Below, piece by piece: positions 25,163-39,900 of a stretch of 64,000 nt of DNA. Made by a program: the position numbers and the translations under genes. The stretch is from contig CM022670.1 in assembly GCA_012295275.1 (NCBI GenBank), positions 21,576,001 to 21,640,000 of the forward strand. The letters run 5' to 3'. The notes below the pieces were generated by a model. That model had not been told where the DNA came from. It saw nothing but the letters and a program-made list of their open reading frames with translations, and made no database searches. The stretch is from Chrysomallon squamiferum (taxonomy: Eukaryota > Animalia > Mollusca). The first letter of the stretch is position 1, and every line of letters starts with the position of its first letter.

Positions 25163-27517
25163 TCGCTGCGACAGATACTCTTACTACTATACTTCTATTA
25201 CTACTACCTACTACTATTATTATTACAACTGGTAGAATATGCATGAAGGTTTATATATCTATTATACACACAGACACACTTATCAAAACATTTTAAGAAT
25301 GAAACTATATTTTCAGCATTATTTTCTTTGTATCCATTTTGCTAGATAGTTCGTGATGTGATTCTTGATATTATTCCGTGTTAACGAAGGTTGGGTCTAA
25401 GCAACCCAGAAATAAATTCAAGTCTGCTATCATTCTAATTCTCATTGCCAGAACGTGTTTGTACTGGTACAGAAACTAGAGCCGACTGAAAAGGTCTGAC
25501 GAGTGGACATTACTGCCTTTTTCACAAAAATGCTTCACTCGCAACCTTTGCACATGCGCGTCATGGTAGACATAACACATAATTTCTCTGTGAATGGATC
25601 TTCACTGAATCAACCGTACAGGTTCCAACTTCGATGTTGTCACATTATCTGACCGCTGGTTCTACCAATCTGCAGTAGATTCGGACAGGGACAGTTCTGC
25701 AGGACGACAATGCCACACATTATTTTTCCAAGGTTTTAGCAGACTTTCTTGAGCAGGACAGTGTTTGTTGTCAGGATGGATCGACCTGCACATTAGTTTT
25801 ATTTGGCTCCAATGCAGCACGTCTGGAATGAGTTGGCAGGGGAGAATACACCCCATGAATTGTTCAGACGTCATATCATGAGGCTACAATGTATCGAATG
25901 TTGTCGTGGCACAGATATATATTCACACGCTGTTAATCAAATCTGCTGATGTGTAGGCTCCATATTTAAACTCTCCAACTTTGGCAGTATGTCAAGAGAC
26001 TAACTTTTAAATCGATACATTTATTAATAGTTTTCAATAAATAAGGACAAACAACAAAAGTTTTGGATGTAGTCTATTACTTTTCTCCCCTTAAATTCTT
26101 TTGGTTAGTATATGTTAGTATATATGATGTACATATCGGGTCAATTGCCAGTTTCATAATGTACTTTTTAAATTACTTATTATAAACAGACTGTCTAAAT
26201 GTAAAGCCACCATTAGAAGCACACAAGCAGTATCATTCGTTAATATTTCCCAAACATTAAACACTGACAAAACTAGGAGTATTAGGGGCACTAAGTAGCG
26301 AATGTACCACAGTGATTTTCGTGGCTACATCAAACCTTTAATGATTTGACTTTAATTATTATTAATTCATTCTTTTAATGTTAAATTATTGTTACTGGAC
26401 GTGTTCAACTTTACTTTGTATTTTAATACTATATTCTGGTGCATTGTCTCGTCTCTGCTAAGTGTTGAAACAATAACTTAGTTCATGTAGAAGCTGTCTA
26501 ATAAATATATAAGTGGATATACTATACTATTTCCTTATATTTCTTACTGTGGTATACTTTTTAATAAAAATAAGATAAATTAATAATAAAGTAACAAAAA
26601 ATAATAAAAAACTGACACAAAAAACCAAACAAAAAACCCTACAACAACCCGGAAATAATATAAAAAAAAATAAAAACAACAAAAACAACAACAACAACAA
26701 CAAAAAAAAAAAAAAAAACCCACATAACAATTATGTATTTAGCTGTCTAATAAATATAAGTGGATATACTATACTATTTCCTTATATTTCTTACTTTTTA
26801 ATAAAAATAAGATAAATTAATAATAAAGTAACAAATAATAATAAAATTGACAAAAAAAAAAAAAAAAAACAAAAAAACAAAAAAAAAAAAAAAAAAAAAA
26901 AAAAATAAAAAAGAGAATCCAGAAATAATATATAATATATATACTTTTTTATAAAAATAAGATAAATTAATAATAAAGTAACAAATAATAATAAAACTGA
27001 CACAAAAAAAACAACCAAAAAAAAAAAAAAAAAAAAACCCTACAACAACTCAGAAATAATAATATCAAAAAACAAAACAAAGAAAAAAACACATAACAAT
27101 TATGTATTCTGTAAACAGACACACAGGAACTGAAGGCCCATCATTTTTTCTTGTTGTTTATTATATCATCACGTTTAAATCTAGTCAAGATTATGTGGCT
27201 AAACATAACATCAGTATATTCCTTTCCCTCTGTTAGATACAATTACACATCAAAACTGACAGACATATTGGGTGATGATTTCAAGATGGCTGATCCTGAG
27301 ATAACAAGGGAGGCAACTCTAAGAGACATTCTAGCACACAGAACGGGACTCAGTCCCGCTGCGATAGGCTTGTTGTCTGGCCAGTTAGAAAACGTTACAA
27401 GACGCGATTTTGTCAGGTAATTACATTTTATTCAAAAAGTCTTTAAATTATGTCAATGGATTAATGTGTTTATGTGTGCGAGCGTGCGCATGTATGCGCT
27501 CGCGAGTTTATGTTTGT

Positions 27518-27559
<42 letters not shown>

Positions 27560-30343
27560 CACCATACTCTTTCTCTTCCTTAGTATAGTTTCTTTCCATA
27601 AGAAACATTACAGGAAACATAATTTAATAACCGTAAGATCTACACTGTGATAAGATTTCAAGACGAGTGATCATGGCATACTAAGGGAGATAATTCTGTG
27701 TAGCTATTATGATCAGACAAGATAATTAATTAGGTAGCATTTAAAAAGGAAAAATTATTTTAAAAACCCTACTGAAAATGAGCGACTACAAATATTTTAC
27801 GAGCCTCTTTTTGTTATAAATGTTTATGATTTTCAGACGATTACGCTTCTTAAGAAAGATTTCTGATTTTCGCGATCGGTTCGTCTACAACAACTGGATG
27901 TATCTACTAGTAGGTCACGTTATCGAAGTTCTCAGCAAGGAATCATGGGAGAAAACTCTTTACAAAAGACTTCTTAAACCACTGGGCATGACAACGACTA
28001 GAATTCTGGGATACGATTTGAAGACGACATCCGGTAATGTGGCTCAGCCTTATGCGGTTGTTGAAAATAAAATTGTGAAAACAAGTTCCGAAATTTACAG
28101 GTAAAACCATCGATCCATTTTGTTTAATTATTTCATGCTTGGAATTTCTTCATTTCTTTAATTAATTACTGTTGGCACCAGTGTTTCTTATTTATTTATT
28201 TATTTATTTATTTGACAAGAAATACATTTTTTAATATGTCAATTATGAATGTCATGCTTTGAATATCCAATTCGATTCGAATTCGTTATGAAGTTTGATT
28301 CGATTCAATTTTTGTGTTTTTGTGATTTCGAATATTTATTTATTTCATTTTATTTCATTTATTTATTGTTACTAATAAATTATTGAGATTTAAAATATAT
28401 ACTGAGCTGAATATTTCTTCATCAGCTTCCTCTGATGCACTTGGTTATTCACAAAGATAGTAGCGATTCGAAATACAGTTAAATTCAATCAAAAAACTAT
28501 TTCGCAAGTCCATGCTTCTGTTGATTGTTAAAAATAAGTAAATACATATACTGAACGCAAAGTTTCTAACAAGTAAGGCTATTAATAATTTTGAGATGAT
28601 TATGATAATAAAAAATAAAAAATTTACAACGATCATGATAATTCTTTAAATTTTTATTAGCATTTCTCCAGACGAGCCTGCAGGTGCCATTGCTTCAACA
28701 GCAAACGACATGGCAAAATGGCTGCATTTCCTGATCAGTGCAGGGGAGACAACCACTGGAACGAGGCTTCTCGATAAACATTTCTTTGTCGATATGATGG
28801 GAACTTACAATCATATTGAACACAGCCTTTACTCGATCTTCAAACCGACTTTTCCTGTCACAGACGCTGTTTCTGGCTACGGATACGGCTGGATTAGAGG
28901 AACATACAGAGGTGTGAATAGATTTACAGTAGGAACAACATAACATCATCATCAATAACAACAACAACAGCAAAAACTCACCAGCAATGCTACCACCACC
29001 ATAACTAGCAACACCAACAGTTACAATCCCTTATCGTAAGAAAAATACTGAAAAATCTGTAAAAGTAAATCAGATTTATAATTGGTAGCAAACTGTACTA
29101 TTATGAATTTTAATGGATGCGTTAAAATTACAGGTTTTTTAATCTTAATTTTAATTGTTAATTAGTTATTTATTTAAAAACAAAAAATAAATGAAAAAAA
29201 AAACAGAAAAAAAAAAAAAAAAAAAAGCCAACAAAACAAAACAAAAAAACCAAACAAACAATAATATGAACAAAAACAACGAAACTCCCTAAAATGCAAC
29301 AACAAAAACATTAGAACCAAAATACGAAACGAACCAGTTAAAATAAAAAAAGAAAAAGAAAAGAAAAGAAGAAGAAGAAAAAAATAACAAGAAGTAACCG
29401 AAATACAAAAACAACAAAAACAACAAAAAGCACACCAAAAAAGAACAACAATAACGGAACAAAAAAATTCCACGATCCCCCTAAAAAACCTCACAAAAAC
29501 AAACAAACAAAAAATAAACCACTCAAAAATGTTATACCAAGCAACTGGTAAACTTTCTACACAAATTAGGAATTTATCTGTAAAAAGGTTCAGCAGTGCA
29601 TGTTGAATACTTTCTGGAACATGATTATTTATTATACATTTTTCAATTTTATTTCAGGATACCAGAAAATCTGGCACGATGGATCTTTGTTTTCATACCG
29701 TTCTATTGTGGTCCTATATCCAGACTTGAAATCGGGCATTTTCCTCTCTGCAAGTGGGCCAGTCGGTTTAGAGGTGATGACTTATTTCATATCAGATCTT
29801 CTCATTGGTGAACCAACATGGTTACAGTCAACAAATGCCTGCCTCTTTCCCGAACCATGGATGAACATTTCAACATCAAACGACAATAGTGATGACGTCA
29901 TCTATGACGCCATAACAACCCCCAGCCAGTACATAGGTTCTTACGGACATCGCTTGTTGGGAGATTTAACCGTGGAGCAGGGAAGTAACAGAAGTTCGCT
30001 ACTTTTGAGATATGGACGTTTTGTTTGTGCTGTGAGGCCAACGAAGACTGAACACGCATTCAAACTTGATGTTTTGGAGCCATTGGGGTTCCTCTTCAAT
30101 CTTGGTAACAGCACTACTCTGATTCCCGTGAATTTCAAGGCAGAATGGAACGGGAAGTTTCAGGTTATAGAAATTGTGTCTTCTGAATCTATAATATTTC
30201 ACAGAGATATCAAATTTTCAGACCCGTTGCCGCCAGAAAAAAACGAGGCGATATGCACCAGCAGTGGAACGTCAGAAACAAGTTCAGGACTGATCATTTT
30301 AATTTCGTGCTATATTACACATTTGTTTTACAAACTAGATTAA
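24689..30343 (+). CDS. Serine beta-lactamase-fold protein, copy 2, 558 aa; exons 24689-24984, 27237-27416, 27837-28100, 28661-28911, 29658-30343
   Basis: Same exon sizes and motifs as copy 1. Motif 3 reads WHDGS. Confidence 0.92.
25275..26112 (+). mobile_element. Degenerate Tc1-like element, unit 2 copy
   Basis: Homologous to 13321-14161. CTGCAGGACGACAATGCCACACAT encodes LQDDNATH. Confidence 0.7.
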
Positions 30344-30523
30344 TGAATAGGCAAGACCGGGGTATTTCGTAAAAGCATACTTGTCTGGACATACGTTCAG
30401 AGACTCCTAACTTCTTTTTGTACACGAAATTCAGGTACTTTTATTTGAACATGATTTAAATTGTGCATAAATATTTTATTATTATTATTATTAAAACGAA
30501 AAAGAAAAGAGAAGATCTTTCCT

Positions 30524-30789
30524 TTATTTCCCGAGTTTTCCAATCCTTCCTGGAAACAGATCCATAACAACTATGAGCAGCGTAGACATCGCAATGAAGA
30601 CGATCCCACCAACGCCGAGGTACGTTGCCGAAGGTCGGTCATCGTAGATGCTGACGCGTTTTCGAATGGCTCTCGACAAAACTGCGCCAGAAAAAAAAAA
30701 AAAAAAAATAATAATAATAATATAAAAAAAAAATAATAATAATAAAAAAAGAAGAAATAAAATAAAATAAAATAAAATAAAATAAAAAA

Positions 30790-30840
<51 letters not shown>

Positions 30841-31452
30841 ATGCTCTTTTTGTTGCTTTAAAGACAAAAATGTACAATTTTTCAATCATTTCTCTTTCTC
30901 ATTCTCTCCAGACTGCTGATGTCTTTTAAATGTGATCGGTAATAAAATATTCTCGGTGTGCACAAATAGTTTAAAGCAATTGTACATGTAACCCTAAACT
31001 GTTTTCTTTCAACATATATACTCAAAATATATTCCCATCTTTATAACTAGCTTACATTTATGAAATAAATTGTTTCTCAAACATCTTTGTTATGTATCTA
31101 TTTTGGCTGTCTGTCATATCTAAGGGTCAACAAATGTGTGTGTTTATGTGTTTGTGTTGTATACGTATATAGGTTTGTATGCATCTAGATATTTCTTTTG
31201 TCCTAATATAAATTATATACATATAGTATAAGCATTCACAGGATTATGCATTTACGCATGAGCGCTCAAACGCACGCCTACGCTCGCTCCAAGTACATAG
31301 TTGTAATACTAACCCTTTTCACAGTTAATTCCTGTATATCCAGGGACACAGTCACATTTGTAATCTTCTCCGTCCTCCCTGCAGACACCTCCGTTTAGAC
31401 ACGGGTCACTCACACATCTGCCGACATCTGTTAACATATTCGTTTGTGTGTG

Positions 31453-31486
<34 letters not shown>

Positions 31487-32107
31487 AAGAGAATGGAAAA
31501 ACACACACACAAATATCTACCTATCTGCCTATCTATCTGTCTATCTGCCTGTCTATCTGTCTGCCTATCTGCCTATCTATCTGCCTATCTCTCTGTCTAT
31601 CTGCCTGTCTGTCTGTCTATCTATACATCTAACTACCTGTCTGTCTGTATCTCTGTCTGTCTGTTGATCTACCTCTCTAGCTCTCTTTATCTGTTACCTA
31701 TCTATATATTTACCGCTTCTGTCGCCCTGTCAGTCTATCTATCAGTTATAATCATACGATTCAAATTTAATTTAAAATTCTGTATCTGCATGTATCCTTA
31801 CATATCCATGCCTGTGATTTGGGTTTCAAGTGGATACGGCAGATTTCATTTCTCTTACACACTGATCTGAATTCTTAGTCTCTCCAGGCGTCTGTCTGTC
31901 TGTCTGTCTGTCTGACGTTTCATAACACACGATTCACTCTGTACAACATGTTTCTACGACTAGACTGTTAAAACCTCATTGAAATTCGCTTACATGTTTC
32001 ACAGTGCACGCCCGTGTAGCCAGGCTGACAAAGACACGTGTAGCTACCCACAGTGTTTGTGCAAGCACCTCGATTCTGACAGGGCTGTTGGATGCATTCG
32101 TCAACAT
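30524..32107 (-). pseudogene. Second duplicated 3' fragment of the IgGFc/EGF gene (EGF exons 32107-31994 and 31427-31314; TM exon from ~30693 with the 99-nt deletion and no acceptor AG)
   Basis: Same deletion as unit 1. GCGCCAGAAACTAAA has become GCGCCAGAAAAAAAA, which removes the acceptor. Confidence 0.85.
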
Positions 32108-32156
32108 CTGACAAGAAATGATAATATTACTGTCACAGGCACGTAAATATATACAA

Positions 32157-32219
<63 letters not shown>

Positions 32220-32278
32220 TGGTGATGATGATGATGATAATAATAATAATAATAATGATGATGATAATGATGATGATG

Positions 32279-32311
<33 letters not shown>

Positions 32312-32384
32312 TAAATAGCAAGACACCAGGCCACCAATTCCAAAAAACACACAAAAAACGAACAAAAAATCAACAAAGAACCCC

Positions 32385-32417
<33 letters not shown>

Positions 32418-32474
32418 TCCCCGAAAAAAAAAAAAGAGAGAAAAAATATATATAAAAAGAAACAAACAACATGA

Positions 32475-32553
32475 GAAGCCATGTCATCATATGCTCTGAC
32501 TTGTGGGTAAAGGAATTAAGTCCAGACGTTCTAGCCATTGTGACGTCATTCAT
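32475..32553 (-). pseudogene. Second truncated exon 1 of paralog B
   Basis: Junction identical to 20532-20615. Confidence 0.88.
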
Positions 32554-32642
32554 AATGCTTGTGGAGATTTCCAGAAAGTGGATAATGAATCGTATTCAGG
32601 AACTGTATTTTGGAAAATATCTGAAGAGAAATGGTTTGTCTA

Positions 32643-33934
32643 GTGAAGTGAAGTGAAAAAAAAAAAAAAATGAACGTGCTAATCAGAGCAAGCTGTTGTG
32701 AAGCACGTCTATGACAGGCACGCTATCTGACAGGTCAGCGGGCGTGTCCTTCGCAGAAAAGAGTTTTGGGTAAGGAAAGAAAGTGGGTTCTCGTTACGAT
32801 TGCAGGACACAAGGGAGTGTCCAGCATATCGGATCGTAGCGAGTCGGTTCCGATGTTTCGTAGACATTATCCGCTCCTTGCTGTTTCCGGCACTTGTCTA
32901 TCTCCTAGTCATCCCCGGGTCCGTGTTGGTTGCGTCCTGTTTGTTTGTCCTGTTCTTGGCTGCTGTTGTTGTTTCCTTGTTCTTTTTGGCTGCTTCCTTC
33001 TGGTCCAACAATTCCACTTTTTTAATTATTTTTTTTTGCCAATGGTCTTTTTATTGATTTAAAAGATGCTATGAACACCTGCTACTAAAAGAACTAAGAA
33101 CATGAATGTAGTTAAAGTATTTTTTTATTTTATTTTATTTTATTTTAATTTAAAAGATGTTATAAATACCTGCAGCTAAAAATAAGAATATGAACTTATT
33201 TACATTTATTATGTACATTAAAAAAAACAAAAAAAAACAACCACAAACACATAACCGGGTTGGTGTTGTCTGAAAGTAGGTACGTATAGTACGAATAGTT
33301 TTATTTTTAATTATTAATTTAATTGGCCATTCAAATTGATCCGTCAATCAGCCGATCCATCCGTAGATCCATCAGCTGTTCAACCAATCAATCTGTAAGT
33401 CAATAAATTCATTTAATTCTTGTTTGTTTTTGTGTCAAAAAAGAAGAAAAGAAAGAGTCTAAATTTGTGTTTTGTGTTGAGAATGTATGTTGTTACTGCA
33501 GCGAGGACTAACTCTCTGTCTTTCGTGTTTGATTTTTAGTTCCTTCAGTGTATTGCGTAGTGCTTGTCTTTCCTTGGCGAAATTTTGACAGTGAAACAAA
33601 TAGTTTTTCATGGTTTCTGAGAGTCCACAGTTGCAGTTGGGTGATGTGGTGAAGTGATATTTGTATCGGATTGCATTTAAGTTGGTCGAGTAACCAATTC
33701 TGGCTTTGGTGAGATTGTCGTTGTGTAGTTTGTTGGCGAGTATGAATTTGGGTGTTTTGGCGAGTGGTTTGATGTTCAAGTGCCATTTGTTTTTGGTGTT
33801 GTTCCATTCGTTTTGCCATTGTTTGTCGTAATGTTTGACTGCGATGGAGACAATTTCGTTTATTCCGTGGTATATGTCTGTGCAGATGTCTTCGTCTTTA
33901 ATGCTGAGTGACTCTTTGGCGTAATGGTCAGCAA
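32643..33934 (-). mobile_element. 5'-truncated LINE, unit 3 copy
   Basis: Near-identical to 20705-21965 (ORF 33459-33968). Confidence 0.75.
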
Positions 33935-34404
33935 TTTCAAACCGAAATATAGTTAATGCTTCCGTCATGATTATTATTTTTGATATTTAAATACTGCTGC
34001 AGTCAGATAAGCATGAATTGATTAACTACAAATTTTAAAAAGAAGAAAAAATACTAATAGCTTAGCCATTTATATCGCCTGTATTCTTGTCATTCACTTT
34101 TAGGCTTGAAGAAATGCATGAGAAGTTTGGTTTGCAATAGAAAACACGAGGAAAGGGTTGGGGTGCATGTGTTGATGTTTCTTTTTAGAGCTATGTCGAT
34201 TTTTTTTTTTTTTATAAAATTAGCGATGTAATTGTTACTTAAAAATGGGAGGTCTTCCAAAATAAGAAAACTGTTGGAAGGAATAAGAACTTCATTTTGA
34301 ATTCCGTGATAACAGTTCTCGCACGGCTCTTCGCTGTGTTGAAGCGTGCGTGTGTCTGACGTCATCACGAGTTCAACGAATGGGCGTTTGGTGATATTCA
34401 AGTA

Positions 34405-34736
34405 TAGCTGAAAATCCTTTATCCGAAATGCTTGGGTCCGGAAGTATTTCGGATTCTGGAATTTTTCGGATTTTGGAATATAAAGAGATAGCCGGAGGAT
34501 GGGAGCCAAGTTTGGACAGGAATTTCATTTATATTCCATGGAGAGCTTATACAAATAGTCTTCATGATTTTTATTTTATTTTATTATTTTTTTATTTTAT
34601 TTATATATATTATACATAATATTTTAAATAATTTGGAGCACAAAATAAAGTTTGTGTATGCAAAAACAATCCGAAAACTGCAAGATATCATAATTTTTAC
34701 TGCACTGAAAATTTCGAATAAGGGATCCTCAACCTG
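34405..34736. mobile_element. Tigger-like MITE, unit 3 copy
   Basis: Near-identical to 22444-22775. Right TIR ATTTCGAATAAGGGATCCTCAACCTG followed by TA. Confidence 0.75.
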
Positions 34737-34933
34737 TAATAATTTGTGCCGAGTTAATTGCAACAACGAATTTAAAAGTATTTCCGATACTGCAATGCCA
34801 AGTTGATTTCGTCAGAAGTTTTTGAAAATAACTGTTTAAAAATGTGCTTTTTATTCATAAAATTAGACGTAAAACGAGAAATTAGATTTGTTTGATTATA
34901 TATATATATATCATGATAATATAATGTATTTGT

Positions 34934-34983
<50 letters not shown>

Positions 34984-35844
34984 TTTGATGAGATCGGTTG
35001 ATAGCGGTTTTTTCGGTTATTTTCTATGCGTTTGAATTCGAATGTACAGCTCGAAGAATAACTTCATAAGAGATGTGTAGAAAAGAGCATAACGTTACAG
35101 TACGTTCTCCGTTCCTTATTATTAGTAACAAAAAATCAAATCAAATCAACTAACAAAAACAAACACAAGTTAAAAAAGGAAAACAAAAAAACAACTAACC
35201 AACAAAAAAACAACAAAAAAATAAATAAATAAAAAAAACAGTGATAATAATAATTAATACAATTAGGCCTAAAAACAAACAAATAAAAAATACTTTCTTT
35301 CTACCACTACAAAATAAAATAACAGCTCTAGAAACTCCTGCCCAGATGAATACACGAACAAATAAAAGCATGAACCGAGTTACCTTAGTCATCGTATTTA
35401 CTCTGTAGCAGATAGTAATATAGTGTTATCATTGTCACCCTATTTACTCTCCAACAAATAGCAATACACTGTTACCATAAACGCCTTTGTTTTTGACAGA
35501 TCGTGTTGAGCGCTTTTCTGAGTCAAGGAGAATACAAACAAAATATACTTAAGACTTAAATGAATGTAAATAACTTCGCCACATGCAGCAAGACCAGTGA
35601 AATCTTTGAACTATAAGGCTGAAGGTCAACATGGGCTGAATTGTATGAGCACAGTAAGATTACTGAATATGAAATTTTATCTTCTGTATTACAATAAATA
35701 ACATTTCTCATCGTTCATTGTTGCTGCTGTTTGAGGAGATATATTCTGCTGAGTAACCTGTGTTGATGTTCCTTTTTTACTGTAAAAAAGAAGAAGAAAA
35801 AAAAAAAAAAACTCACCCCCCAAAAAAAAGCCCAACTAAATAAA

Positions 35845-35875
<31 letters not shown>

Positions 35876-35883
35876 TAATAATA

Positions 35884-35951
<68 letters not shown>

Positions 35952-36468
35952 AAGAAGAAAAGAAAAACGAAAAACGAAAATGAAAAAGATGAAAAAATCC
36001 CCATAAAAATATAATAATAAATAAAAGAAGAAAAATTAATAAAAAATAAATAAAAACTACACATCAGAAAAAACAATTTAAAAACGTACTCATTAAAATT
36101 TAACAACAACAACATACACAAAATAATAAAAATTATAAAATGTGATGGACATTCTAATTCTACCAACAAAACCAAAATAAATGAACAGTAACAATTAAAA
36201 ACTGACCTGAATAAAATTAAAACTAAATAAACCCAACCTCAACAAAACCAAAATCTTTCACGTATCAAACACAACAGAATCATATCGAAAGGTGACAAAA
36301 AAAAAAAAAAAAAAAAAAATCTGTATAAACACTATAAACCGAAGAACAAACTGAGTGAACGAATCTGTGGTGATTCATTCGTGATAACACAGTTCAGTGT
36401 TTACTTTACATCTTACACTGGTTACTCATTCTCGGCCGTTCTACACTTCGACTTGCGGCTTTCACGTA

Positions 36469-36888
36469 ATGTCGGCGCTCATTCTCTTACTTCTTTTCAC
36501 GAAAACGACGTCAGCAAACGTCTTCACTGCCGAACAGACGGCTGAAATAGAAGACTACGTCAACGCCGTAGTCACTTGTAAATCTACTATCGGACTGACT
36601 GTGACGGTGGTGAAGAACAATGATACGTGGACAAGAGGATTCGGACTGGCAGACAGAGAGAAAAACATCTCGGTTAACGAAAACACTCTGTTTGGCATTG
36701 GTTCACTGACCAAAGCGTTCACGTCGGCACTGTTGGCGATGTCGTTAAACGATTCTGAAGGAAAGTAAGCGCATTAATGAAATTGTTTTATATTTACGTA
36801 TTCTGACTGCTACTGCTACTACTACTGCTACACTTCTACTACTTCTACTACTGCTACACTTCTACTACTTCTACTACTACTACTACTT

Positions 36889-36933
<45 letters not shown>

Positions 36934-39900
36934 TCGCTGCGACAGATACTCTTACTACTATACTTCTATTACTACTACCTACTACTATTATTATTACAAC
37001 TGGTAGTATATACATGTTGGTTTATTTATCTATTATACACACAGACATACTTATAATTCAATACATTTATTAACAGTTTTCAATAAATAAGGACTAACAA
37101 CAAAATGATTTGAGTCTCATATTTGACATTAATTATTATTAATCCATATTTTTAATTTTAAATTATTGTTATTGTGTTAATCTTTACTTTGTATTTTAAT
37201 ACTATATTCTGGTGCATTGTTTCGTCTCTGCTAAGTGTTGAAACAATAACTTAGTTCATGTAGAAGCTGTCTAATAAATATATAAGTGGATATACTATAC
37301 TATCTCCTTATATTTCTCACTGTTATATACTTTTTAATAAAAATAAGATAAATTAATAATAAAGTAACAAATAATAATAAAACTGACACAAAAACCCCAA
37401 TAAAAAACCCTACAACAATTCGGAAATAATAATATTAAAAAACAAAAGAAAGAAAAAACCACATAACAATTATGTATTCTGTAAACAGACACACACGAAC
37501 TGAAGGCCCACCATTTTTTCTTGTTGTTTATTAGACCATCATGCTTAAATCTACTCAAGACTACGTGGCTAAATATATGATCAGTATATTCCTTTCCCTC
37601 TGTTAGATACAATTACACATCAAAACTGACAGACATATTGGGTGATGATTTCAAGATGGCTGATCCTGAGATGACAAGGGAGGCAACTCTAAGAGACATT
37701 CTAGCACACAGAACGGGACTCAATCCCGCTACGATAGGCTTGTTTTCTGGCCAGTTAGAAAACGTTACAAGGCGCGATTTTGTCAGGTAATTAAATTTTA
37801 TTTAAAAAGTCTTTAAATTATGTCATTGGGTTAATCTGTGTACGTGTACGTGCGTTCGCGCGCGCGTGTGTGTGTAAAATACACCATACTCTTTCCCTTC
37901 CTTAGTATAGTTTCTTTCCATAAGAAACATTACAGGAAACATAATTTAATAACCGTAAGATCTACACTGTGATAAGATTTCAAGACGAGTGATCATGGCA
38001 TACTAAGGGAGATAATTTTGTGTAGCTATTATGATCAGACAAGATAATTAATTAGGTAGCATTTAAAAAGGAAAAATTATTTTAAAAAACCTAATGAAAA
38101 TGAGCGACTACAAATATTTTACGAGCCTCTTTTTGTTATAAATGTTTATGATTTTCAGACGATTACGCTTCTTAAGAAAGATTTCTGATTTTCGCGATCG
38201 GTTCGTCTACAACAACTGGATGTATCTACTAGTAGGTCACGTTATCGAAGTTCTCAGCAAGGAATCATGGGAGAAAACTCTTTACAAAAGACTTCTTAAA
38301 CCACTGGGCATGACAACAACTAGAATTCTGGGATACGATTTGAAGACGACATCCGGTAATGTGGCTCAGCCTTATGCGGTTATTGAAAATAAAATTGTGA
38401 AAACAAGTTCCGAAATTTACAGGTAAAACCATCGATAGATTTTGTTTAATTATTTCATGGTTGGAATTTCCTCATTTCTTTTATTAATTACTGTTGGTCA
38501 CCAGTGTTTTTTATTTATTGATTTATTTGACAAGAAATACATTTTTTAATATGTCAGTTATGAATGTCATGCTTTGCATATCCAATTCGATTCGATTGTT
38601 GTGTTTTCGTAAGTTCGAATATTGCAGAATACGGTTAACTGGGGAAAAAGGGAAAACTATCTGGCTAGACGTTTACATAAATAAATAATAAACAAAGTAT
38701 GAGTTCTCTCAGTCTCCTCCCCCACCAAAAAAAAAAAGAAGAAAAGAAACAAAAATCCCTGACATTAAAAATGAAATTCGAATAAATAAGCTATCAACCA
38801 TATATTATTGTTATCATATACACTTTTTGGTTTACTGACCAACTGCTCATTAGTCCAAAAGTAGACTGGTTTCTACAGTACAACAATACCTCTATAATGA
38901 TGACAGTCTTTATTTTATTTTGTTTTATTTTATTTTATTTTATTTTATTTTATTTTATTTTATTTATTTATTTATTTATTTATTTATTGTTACTCATAAA
39001 TTATTGAGATTTGAAATATATACTGAGCTGAATATTTGTCATCAGCTTCCTCTGATGCACATGGTTATTTTCAAAGATAGTAGCGATTCGAAATACAGTT
39101 AAATTCATTCGAAAAACTGAGTTTCGCAGGGTCCTTTTTTTCTGTGGATTGTTAAAAACAAGTAAATAAGTAAATACACTGAACATAAAATTACATCACT
39201 GTCGATAGTGCTAATGCAGCCTCTAACAGAGCATGTATTTCCACTATTATTCCTACAGAATCATCATCAACAGCAACTGCTGCTGCTTTGCCCTATCTTC
39301 TATTTTTATAACCACAACAATAAAAGCGATAAGAATTCTAACAAGTAGGGCTATTAATAATTTTCTGACGATTATGATGATGATGTTAAAAAATAAGAAT
39401 CTTACAACGATCATGATAATTCTGTAAATTTTTTATTAGCATCTCTCCAGACGAGCCTGCAGGTGCCATTGCTTCGACAGCAAACGACATGGCAAAATGG
39501 CTGCATTTCCTGATCAGTGCAGGGGAGACAACCACTGGAATGAGGCTTCTCGATAAACATTTCTTTGTCGATATGATGGGAACTTACAGTCATATTAAAC
39601 ACAGCTTAAACTCGATCTTCAAACCGACTTTTCCTGTCACAGACGCTGTTTCTGGCTACGGATACGGCTGGATTAGAGGAACATACAGAGGTGTGAATAG
39701 ATTTACAGTAGGAACAACACAACATCATCATCAATAACAACAACAACAGCAAAAACTCAGCAGCAATGTTATCACCACCATAACTAGCAACACGATCAGT
39801 TACAAACAGCAAGAACAACAAAAAAGAAGAACAATAACGGAACAACAACATTTAAAAAAAAATTCCAGAACCCTCACAAAAACAAACAAATCAAAAATAA

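Larger units (their letters stand above)
20537..32469. repeat. Tandem segmental duplication, unit 2 (mosaic of units 1 and 3)
   Basis: The 5' part matches unit 3 (LINE and MITE); the 3' part matches unit 1 (Tc1 relic, 99-nt deletion). Confidence 0.93.
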